From a virus, in IMG/VR virus record IMGVR_UViG_3300048834_000122, positions 1 to 54,132 of that record: 54,132 nt of DNA; one strand, 5' to 3'. Both the position numbers and the translations under genes were made by a program. The notes beneath the pieces were generated by a model. The model saw nothing but the letters and a program-made list of their open reading frames with translations. It was not told the DNA's origin and did not search any database. Of this stretch, positions 16,261 through 23,458 are shown in pieces. Numbering within the stretch: position 1 is the stretch's first letter; each line of letters opens with the position of its first letter.

Positions 16261-16926
16261 ATGACGAACCTCGTGGTCTACACCTGCGTTTTCGGCGACA
16301 CGGATCCGCTGAGGGATCCCCTCCAGCCGGGCCGGACTCGGTTCGTGTGCTTCACCGATCGGCCGATCAAGTCGCGGGTGTGGGAGATCGTCCGCCTGCC
16401 GAAGCGCATCGCGCCGAAGCGGGCCTGCCGCGAGTACAAGCAGCCGTCGCACCTGATCTTCCCGGATGCCGATGCAACACTCTGGATCGATGCTCAGATG
16501 ATCCTGCTGGTCGATCCGCAGCAGATCGCGGCGCAGTACCCCGGCGAGTTCACCGGTTTCAAGCACCACAAGCGGCAGCGGATCAAGGACGAGGCGGAGG
16601 CCATCATCCGCGCCGGCAAGGGAAAGGCGGACGCGATCCATGCGCAGCTGGCGGCGTATCAGGCCGAGGGCTGGGACACGGAAGCGGAGCCGCAGCAAGC
16701 GATCACCAATGGCGGCTTCATGCTGCGCCGGCACACCGAGCGCGTGAAGGCGTTCAACGACATGTGGCACCACGAAGTCCAGACCCGAACGCTGCGCGAC
16801 CAGATGAGCCTGGACTACTGCGCGGCGCGGACTGGCCTGCAAATCGACTACTTCCCGGGCAATGTTGCCCAGAACCCGCTTGCGCGCCGGCTGGCGTATC
16901 CGCACAAGCCAACGAACGATTTCTGA
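16261..16926 (+). CDS. DUF616-like putative glycosyltransferase
   Basis: NLVVYTCVFGDTDPL...RFVCFTD... matches the recalled DUF616 N-terminal signature. ATG 16261 chosen because the track start lies inside the terminator. Confidence 0.5.
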   Translation: MTNLVVYTCVFGDTDPLRDPLQPGRTRFVCFTDRPIKSRVWEIVRLPKRIAPKRACREYKQPSHLIFPDADATLWIDAQMILLVDPQQIAAQYPGEFTGFKHHKRQRIKDEAEAIIRAGKGKADAIHAQLAAYQAEGWDTEAEPQQAITNGGFMLRRHTERVKAFNDMWHHEVQTRTLRDQMSLDYCAARTGLQIDYFPGNVAQNPLARRLAYPHKPTNDF

Positions 16927-16936
16927 GAGGACTGAA

Positions 16937-17203
16937 ATGGAAACTCTGCTGAGCAGCGCTGCGACGGAAGGCACCAGTAGCGAGGTTGTGCTGGAAGCCG
17001 ATCAGAAGGTGACGATCATCCTGACCGGCAAGGGGTACGTGCGCCTGCAGGTGAAGGGTGTCGGCGACGCGTTTTCGACGTCCGCCGAAATGAATGGCCT
17101 TCGCACCGAGAGCCGTACCGGGCAAGTGGCCGGGCCGCTGACATTCCGCATGTATCGACCCGAGCAGGCGCGCGCGGTTGCCGTGGGCATGGAAGAGGGC
17201 TGA
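16937..17203 (+). CDS. Hypothetical protein (88 aa)
   Basis: ATG preceded by GAGAGGA. Looks beta-rich. Confidence 0.45.
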   Translation: METLLSSAATEGTSSEVVLEADQKVTIILTGKGYVRLQVKGVGDAFSTSAEMNGLRTESRTGQVAGPLTFRMYRPEQARAVAVGMEEG

Positions 17204-17206
17204 TCG

Positions 17207-19585
17207 GTGTCGCGTCGCCGGTCTCTGCTGACCCCGATCCTGCAGCCGATCCTTTCGCCGGATTTTCGCGCCATCTCCGACCCTGGCGTGGGGGGAGGGG
17301 CATGGAGTCCGCTGGCGTTGTTCCTTCCGGGGAACGTCGGCTATGCCTACGATTTCACGTCTGCATCCCTGAACTACCAGGAGAACACGCGGACGAATCT
17401 CGTCACCACGCCGGGGCATTCCATCGGCAGCGCGACCGACTTGTCTGGGCTGGGCAACCACGCCTCGCAGGCAACTTCAGCGCAGCGGCCCGCGTATCAG
17501 GGGACGTGTCGATTCGTCGGCGCGGATGACTCGCTTGCAACGCCTTCGGTGGACTTCACCGGCACCAACAAGGTCACGGTGCTCATCAAGCTGAAGTCGA
17601 ACTCCAGCGGCACGGTGCAGATTCCGCTGGAGCTGTCCTCCTCCGCTGCCAGCAACAGCGGATCGTTTTCTCTGGAAGCGCCGAACACCACTACCAACCG
17701 ATACGCCGTTGGAGTCAGGGGATCGGCAACATACTGCGAAGTCCGGCTGCCGGGACAGGTCGCGCCGGTCACGAATGTCATTGTCGCGCAGCTCGACTCG
17801 TCGCAGGCAACGGTGCTTGGACAAATCAGCGCCACGATCTCCCCGTCTGGTGGCGCTGCTACTACAAACGGCACGGCGAGTGTCGCCGCAAACTTCGGCA
17901 ACCACATTAGTTACATAGGACGCCGGGCAGGTGCGTCCGCCCCGTTCAACGGGGACATTGACCGAATCATCGTCATCGGCAGGGCGCTTACTGCACCCGA
18001 GCTTGCAGCGGCCACGACGTGGATCGCGAGCAGCTCCGCCCCGGCCTTGCACGGGGCAATCACTGATCGGGTCGTCGTGGCAAGGCGCGGCGACCAATTG
18101 CTGATTCGCACCAAGTGGGACAGCGACACCGACCTTATCCAGTCAGTCTCGATGAAGTCAGGCGTGTCGGCCGTGCCGGACATGGTGAGCTTCATGGGCG
18201 CGCGGCTCGTGCCCAATTCGGAGATTGACGCACTGGCCGGCTTCAACGCCGCAAGCGGGGCAAACATCATCGGAGCGCAGGGGGACGACGCAACGCCGTT
18301 CCTGATCAATGGGACGTTCATAGGCGCAAACCACGGCTGCGATAGGCTGCGGCGGGTTCCGGCAACGGCTCATGGTAAGACGGTTGAGGACATTGGTTCC
18401 GTCTGGACGGACTCGCTCGCGCGGCGGTGGGTGCTTATGGCCATCGTGAGTGCGAACGTGTTGGATTTCATCTCGGAGAATCAGTCGGTCGCGCCCGAGT
18501 GGTCTTTCCACACAACGCTGAGTGGCACCACGCTCACCCATGCGAGCGGCGCACTGCATACAGGGGCCATCGCAATCACCAGCGCCGTGACGGGGTATCA
18601 GCTTTATCCAGCGGTGAACAACATCGTCAAGGCCGTCAGGCTGGACGGCATCACAGACATCACTGCCGGGCCGGACAGCATCTACACATGCGACTTCCTC
18701 GACATAGAGCACGACTACGGCGTGACAAATGTTGGCGAGGTGGTGGAGTTTGCGAAGGCGAGGGCTGGCGGTGCAGTTGCCCCAGACTACTCGGACGACA
18801 GCATTCCTGTTGACCTCAGTGCCAGCATCCGTTATCGCTTCACACCAAAGCACGCCTGCGCTGTTGAACAAAGCGCGACTGCGCAGCGAAACCTTAGCTT
18901 CGGGTACATCGGCTTCATGCAGGCGGTGAAGCTTTCAATCACCGGGACTGACACACTCTGGACGTATGTGCCGCGCCTGAATCCGATCACCGTTGGCGCG
19001 AACACCTACGACCTCTCCGCGCAGCACAACATGGCCGGATTCGCGGATAACGTCTACTTCACCACGCCGACATGGGCGGACGCCAACAACCCGCCGTCGA
19101 GCATGACCCAGATGGTCAAGAACTCAGGCGGGACCAAGCTGCATTCCTTCACGATGGGCTACACCCCTGATCGTTTTATTGGCGTGCCGGCACTTCGCAA
19201 AACCCTCGTCGGCGAGGCCGGCCGCCTTGCCAGCACCAGCAAGCACTATCTGGAAGGTCTAGAGTCAACCGGATCGGCTTTCCCTGGCGGAATCTTGCCG
19301 GAGGACGTGGAATACAGCGTTGTCGGCTATCGGGCCTTTACCAACAATGCCGACGACTTCCCGCATGGGCCGGAGGGCTGCTGGTATCTGGACGGGGACG
19401 ATGTGATTGTGGTGCTGGACTTCGACACCACGCAGAGCAATTACACGTTCCCGCTTCCGGCATGGATGGATGGAAAGGTGGCAACGGTCATCGAGTCGGA
19501 CGCCTTTACGCTGCATAGCGCCACGGCCAGCAGCGGAATCACGGTCTCGTCCACGGCTGGTCGTGGAATCGTGCGGCTTACTTGA
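17207..19585 (+). CDS. Large LamG/concanavalin-A-like domain protein with uncharacterised C-terminal 500 aa
   Basis: The N-terminal roughly 270 aa end in FNGDIDRIIVIGRALTAPELAAATTWI (LamG-type). Lower G+C by eye than the flanking structural genes. Confidence 0.6.
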   Translation: MSRRRSLLTPILQPILSPDFRAISDPGVGGGAWSPLALFLPGNVGYAYDFTSASLNYQENTRTNLVTTPGHSIGSATDLSGLGNHASQATSAQRPAYQGTCRFVGADDSLATPSVDFTGTNKVTVLIKLKSNSSGTVQIPLELSSSAASNSGSFSLEAPNTTTNRYAVGVRGSATYCEVRLPGQVAPVTNVIVAQLDSSQATVLGQISATISPSGGAATTNGTASVAANFGNHISYIGRRAGASAPFNGDIDRIIVIGRALTAPELAAATTWIASSSAPALHGAITDRVVVARRGDQLLIRTKWDSDTDLIQSVSMKSGVSAVPDMVSFMGARLVPNSEIDALAGFNAASGANIIGAQGDDATPFLINGTFIGANHGCDRLRRVPATAHGKTVEDIGSVWTDSLARRWVLMAIVSANVLDFISENQSVAPEWSFHTTLSGTTLTHASGALHTGAIAITSAVTGYQLYPAVNNIVKAVRLDGITDITAGPDSIYTCDFLDIEHDYGVTNVGEVVEFAKARAGGAVAPDYSDDSIPVDLSASIRYRFTPKHACAVEQSATAQRNLSFGYIGFMQAVKLSITGTDTLWTYVPRLNPITVGANTYDLSAQHNMAGFADNVYFTTPTWADANNPPSSMTQMVKNSGGTKLHSFTMGYTPDRFIGVPALRKTLVGEAGRLASTSKHYLEGLESTGSAFPGGILPEDVEYSVVGYRAFTNNADDFPHGPEGCWYLDGDDVIVVLDFDTTQSNYTFPLPAWMDGKVATVIESDAFTLHSATASSGITVSSTAGRGIVRLT

Positions 19586-19712
19586 TCGACTGCCACTTGG
19601 CAGCCTCTTCCTCGTCGTCGCCGATGTGTTCCTTGATTCGGCGGTCGAAGAAGTCGTCAATGGCGATGAAGAACCGCACGGCCCTTGCCCACCCACGCTT
19701 GAGAATACTCAT
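19578..19712 (-). CDS. Small antisense ORF (44 aa)
   Basis: MSILKRGWARAVRFFIAIDDFFDRRIKEHIGDDEEEAAKWQSIK. Third-position G+C is reasonable. Converges on the LamG gene and overlaps its end by 8 nt. Confidence 0.35.
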   Translation of the reverse strand: MSILKRGWARAVRFFIAIDDFFDRRIKEHIGDDEEEAAKWQSIK

Positions 19713-19838
19713 GTCGAGCGCCTGTCGTTGACCGGCTGGCACGGTAGCACACGGCCTAAAACGGCGTCTCTTCCCAAACCGGCAGGGCTTGCTGCGCCTG
19801 TAGGCGGCGGCACTCGATTCAACAATTCAGGAAACGAA

Positions 19839-20513
19839 ATGCAGGTTTCAGTCATCACACCGACCGCAGACAGGCCGCGCGGCATCGAGCTGTGCGAGCG
19901 CTACATGGCCCGCCAGACCGTGCAGCCGGACGAGTGGATCGTCTCCGACGGTGGACAGGTGCCGGCGAAGCTCACGATGGCGCAGGTGCATTTGCGGCAG
20001 CCGGGTCCGCCTGGCGCTGCGAATCTGGCCTGCAACGTGCTGCGCGCGCTGAAAGCGGTAACCGGTGATGTCGTGATCGTGGTCGAGGACGATGATCACT
20101 ACGCGCCGAATCACATCGAGGCGTGCATCGCAGGCCTGAAACGCAATCCCGCCTACGGCTGCTCGCGCCTGCTGTATTTCAACGTCGCGCACCGCTGTTG
20201 GGTGCAGATGGCCAACCGCGGCGCGGCGCTGTGCCAGACCGCATTCCGGCGGGAACTGATCCCGGTGATGCAGAGCGCAGCGCAGGACGCGATGGCGAAC
20301 AACGACTTCACCATCGACGGCCGCTTCTGGGCGAAGCGGAAGCACATGGCGACCGGCGCGCAGACGGTCATCGGCATCAAGGGCCTGGCCGGAACCCCGG
20401 GGCTTGGCATCGGCCATCGCCCGAAATCGAAGGCCGGCCGTCGCTGGAAGCCTGATCCTGAATTGAAGGTTCTGCGCCAGATGATCGGCGCGGACGCGGA
20501 GAACTACCTGTGA
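19839..20513 (+). CDS. Second GT-A-type glycosyltransferase
   Basis: VSVITPTADRPRG...VVIVVEDDDHYAPNHIE (DxD). ATG 19839 follows a 125-nt gap. Confidence 0.6.
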   Translation: MQVSVITPTADRPRGIELCERYMARQTVQPDEWIVSDGGQVPAKLTMAQVHLRQPGPPGAANLACNVLRALKAVTGDVVIVVEDDDHYAPNHIEACIAGLKRNPAYGCSRLLYFNVAHRCWVQMANRGAALCQTAFRRELIPVMQSAAQDAMANNDFTIDGRFWAKRKHMATGAQTVIGIKGLAGTPGLGIGHRPKSKAGRRWKPDPELKVLRQMIGADAENYL

Positions 20514-21019
20514 TTCTGATCACCCCCGAGTACCGCGCGCTCAACGCCGAACTGCACGCCCGCGTGCCGGCGTACGGGACCGGCGGTCACAAGTGGGCGG
20601 AGGTGGTGCGCGAGATCGTGCGGGAGACCGGCGCGAAGTCGGTCCTGGACTATGGCTGCGGTAAGGGCACGCTCCGCGCAGCGCTGCACCCGCTAACGGT
20701 GCACGAATACGATCCGGCAGTGGCCGGCAAGGAAACGCCGCCATCGTCGGCTGGCGTCGTGATCTGCGCTGACGTGATGGAGCACGTGGAACCGGAATGC
20801 ACCGATGCCGTGATCGCGCACCTCTGCGCGCTGGCATCGCGCGCGGTGTTCGTGGTGGTGGCCTGCCGGGAAGGTGGCAAGCGCCTCGCCGATGGTCGGC
20901 CGGCGCACATCCATGTGCAGCCGCCGGCGTGGTGGCACGCGAAGTTCAGCGAGTTCGGCGCGTTCAATCAAGCTCCGAGCGGCGATGACGAATACGTCGC
21001 GCTGTGGGTGCGCAAATGA
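20510..21019 (+). CDS. Class I SAM-dependent methyltransferase
   Basis: Motif I VLDYGCGKG and a downstream VVICADVMEHV. GTGA overlap with the upstream gene. Confidence 0.75.
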   Translation: MILITPEYRALNAELHARVPAYGTGGHKWAEVVREIVRETGAKSVLDYGCGKGTLRAALHPLTVHEYDPAVAGKETPPSSAGVVICADVMEHVEPECTDAVIAHLCALASRAVFVVVACREGGKRLADGRPAHIHVQPPAWWHAKFSEFGAFNQAPSGDDEYVALWVRK

Positions 21020-21366
21020 AATCCGGCCCGCTTCGCCACGGCTTGGAGTTGCTGAAGCCGTCGCTGACCGAGGACGATACTGGCCAGCAGGTCGAATCGT
21101 TCGCCCCGGTGGCGACCGTCGCCGCCGAGATCGCTTCGGTGTCGATGACCAACATGGCGTACGCGCGGGAGCTTGTCGCAGGCGGCGCAGATTCCTCGTT
21201 CGACATCCGCCAGATCACGATGCGCTTCCGGCGTGACGTGACGATGGGCTGGAAGGTCAGGCCACGCGGCGGGCGCTACGCGGGGCAGGAGATGCCGATC
21301 CGCGCCGTGCGCGAAGGCAACAAGCCGACCATCCTGGTCCTGTTCGTGCAGGTTCCCCGTGGCTGA
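21016..21366 (+). CDS. Head closure / head-tail adaptor protein
   Basis: MKSGPLRHGLELLKP...DDTGQ... is typical of the head-tail joining family. ATGA overlap. Confidence 0.65.
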   Translation: MKSGPLRHGLELLKPSLTEDDTGQQVESFAPVATVAAEIASVSMTNMAYARELVAGGADSSFDIRQITMRFRRDVTMGWKVRPRGGRYAGQEMPIRAVREGNKPTILVLFVQVPRG

Positions 21367-21760
21367 TTTCGATATTCAGGTGCTTGGCCTGAAGGAACTG
21401 GACGCCGCGCTGCAGAACCTCGCATATCCAGCGACGCGACGCGCGCTGCGCAAGGGAATGCGCGCCGGTGCCAACGTGGTGCGCGACGAGGTTCGCGCAC
21501 GAGCCCCGGTCAAGTCCGGCAACTTGAAGCGGAAGATTCGCACCCGGGAACGCAGCGAGGACCAGGGCAACATGCGGTTCGCCGTCGAAGTCCCGCGCAG
21601 TGCGTTCTACGGCAAGTTCTTCGAATACGGCACGTCGAAGATGGCGGCCAAGCCGTTCATGCGGCCCGCGGCGGAAGCAAAGACGGAAGCGGCGGTGACG
21701 ATGATGCGCGACTCCCTGCAGATCGCCATCTCGCTGGAAATGTCTAAGGTGCGCCGATGA
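21359..21760 (+). CDS. HK97 gp10-like tail-attachment protein
   Basis: ...KSGNLKRKI...YGKFFEYGTSKMAAKPFMRPA is a gp10-family signature. Confidence 0.7.
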   Translation: MADFDIQVLGLKELDAALQNLAYPATRRALRKGMRAGANVVRDEVRARAPVKSGNLKRKIRTRERSEDQGNMRFAVEVPRSAFYGKFFEYGTSKMAAKPFMRPAAEAKTEAAVTMMRDSLQIAISLEMSKVRR

Positions 21761-22101
21761 GCATGGAATCCGACCTGCTGACCGCGATGCGCACAGTGCT
21801 CGGGGCATCGTTCAAGTTCCCGGTGAAGTCGGCGCAGACCGGCGTGTATGCGACATACCAGCGCATCACCGGCCGTCGGCATGGAACACTGAACTCTGGG
21901 CTCGGCGCCCCGGTGGCGACGTTCCAAATTGATGTGTGGGGCAAGGCTGGCGGTTCCGCGATCGGCGATGTGGTCGAGGCGCTGAAGGAAGCGCTGCCGG
22001 ATTCCCTGAAGGTCGGCGATATCAACGACAACCCCGACGATTACGAAACCGATACGCAGCTGCATCGGGCGTCGTTCGACGTGACGATCTGGCAGCGATA
22101 G
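21757..22101 (+). CDS. Tail completion/terminator-like protein (DUF3168-like)
   Basis: Position and size (114 aa). Ends in ...FQIDVWGK...FDVTIWQR. Confidence 0.45.
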   Translation: MSMESDLLTAMRTVLGASFKFPVKSAQTGVYATYQRITGRRHGTLNSGLGAPVATFQIDVWGKAGGSAIGDVVEALKEALPDSLKVGDINDNPDDYETDTQLHRASFDVTIWQR

Positions 22102-22122
22102 AGCGCGCATAGCGCAACACCG

Positions 22123-22154
22123 AAGGGCTGCCGAAAGGCGGCCCTTTTCATTTT
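22123..22154 (+). terminator. Intrinsic terminator before the major tail gene
   Basis: AAGGGCTGCC-gaaa-GGCGGCCCTT followed by TTcaTTTT. Confidence 0.75.
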
Positions 22155-22267
22155 CCGAGGCTCGCAGCAATGCGGGCCTTTTGCATTTCGGCGGAGCGCT
22201 CCGCTGGGAAACGGCTGCCGCAAGGCCGCCGGTCATTCGTCGCAACAACCATCGATGGAGTAACACC

Positions 22268-22714
22268 ATGGACAACAAGGCAATTTCCGCGCAAGACAGC
22301 GCCATCTTCGTGAGCACCACGGAGATGACGTCCTTCGACCCCGCCGACTACACCGAAGTCGATGGCGTCTCCACCTTCCCGTTCGGTCCCGGCCAGGCGA
22401 ACACGCTGGATGCGACCAACCTGCGCAGCACCGAGCTCGAGAACATCCCGGGCCTGTCCGGCGGGCAGTCGGTGCAGGTCTCCGGTCACCGCTGGCCGAT
22501 CGGCGATTCCCCGGGCCAGGACATCCTGATGGAAGCGGCGCAGACCGACGACCTCTGGTTCCTGATGGTGCTCCCGTCGGGCGACAAGGCGACGTTCGTC
22601 GCGAAGGTGGCGGCGTTCAATGTGGCCCCGGGCGTGAACGCGGTGCTGACCTTCACCGCCGACGTGCTGCCGCGCAACTTCCAGCTCGAAGCCACCGCTT
22701 CGTCGAGCCCGTAA
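22268..22714 (+). CDS. Major tail (tube) protein
   Basis: 148 aa, immediately upstream of the frameshifted chaperone pair and the tape measure gene. Preceded by GGAG. Confidence 0.65.
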   Translation: MDNKAISAQDSAIFVSTTEMTSFDPADYTEVDGVSTFPFGPGQANTLDATNLRSTELENIPGLSGGQSVQVSGHRWPIGDSPGQDILMEAAQTDDLWFLMVLPSGDKATFVAKVAAFNVAPGVNAVLTFTADVLPRNFQLEATASSSP

Positions 22715-22717
22715 GCC

Positions 22718-23065
22718 ATGGGCCTGCTCAACAAGGAAGCGATCCTCGCCGCTGACGACAAGAAGACCGAGGACGTATCGGTCGAGGAATGGGGTGGAAC
22801 GGTGCGCGTGGCCACCATGTCCGCCAGCGAGCGCGACAAGTGGGAGGCGGAAACCTACGGCGACGGGAAACCGAAGACCGAAGATTTCCGCGCCCGCTTC
22901 GTCGCGCTTTGCCTGGTGGACGAGAAGGGTGCCCGCCTGTTCTCCGACAAGGAAGTCGGCGAGCTCGGCAAGAAGTCGGCAGCGGCTCTGCAACGGGTTT
23001 TCGCGGCAGCGCAAAAGCTCAACGCGCTGACCACGGACGAAGCGGAGAAGATCGAAAAAAACTGA
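22718..23065 (+). CDS. Tail assembly chaperone (G-like, short product)
   Basis: Position, acidic 115-aa product, ends at the slippery site. Confidence 0.75.
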   Translation: MGLLNKEAILAADDKKTEDVSVEEWGGTVRVATMSASERDKWEAETYGDGKPKTEDFRARFVALCLVDEKGARLFSDKEVGELGKKSAAALQRVFAAAQKLNALTTDEAEKIEKN

Positions 23066-23421
23066 GGAGCCGGCCTGAGCGCCGGCTTCAGTTTCGGGTT
23101 GCGTGGAGGCTTGGCTTCCCGCACCCCGATCACCTCCTCGCGGTTCTCGATGCTCGGCAACTGGCCGAGGTCTACGCCTTCGCCAGAGTCGAGCCGCTCG
23201 ACGAACCGCTGCAAAAAATGATCGCGGAACTCACCGCGACGCTCGCCCGAGTTCATGGCAATGACATGGATGCAGGCGATTTCATGCTGCAACGACCGCC
23301 AGCGGCACCGGTGGATGACAAGGCGCTTCGTACCGAGCAGATCGCGCAACTATTCGCGCGCGCTGCGAAGGCGAATGAAACAGAGCCGGCTAAGCCAAAG
23401 CGGCGCAGGAAAGTTCGATAG
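22718..23421 (+). CDS. Tail assembly chaperone, -1 frameshift product (GT-like)
   Basis: The -1 frame is open from the slippery A-AAA-AAC site to 23421 (KKLRSRPERRLQF...KPKRRRKVR). Confidence 0.7.
23056..23062 (+). promoter_or_regulatory. Programmed -1 frameshift slippery heptamer A_AAA_AAC with downstream hairpin
   Basis: The heptamer sits in the zero frame (gaA AAA AAC tga). A 9-bp stem GGAGCCGGC/GCCGGCTTC (one G-T pair) lies at 23066-23089. Confidence 0.7.
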
Positions 23422-23448
23422 GCCACCACGCGGTGGCCTTTTCTTTTT
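23420..23448 (+). terminator. Intrinsic terminator before the tape measure gene
   Basis: AGGCCACC-acgc-GGTGGCCT followed by TTTcTTTTT. Confidence 0.75.
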
Positions 23449-23458
23449 GGAGTAGTTG

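Noticed and set aside
19740-19760. A TGGCACGGTAGCA sequence as a sigma-54 promoter.
   Set aside because: The GG-to-GC spacing is about 3 nt too short for the -24/-12 consensus.
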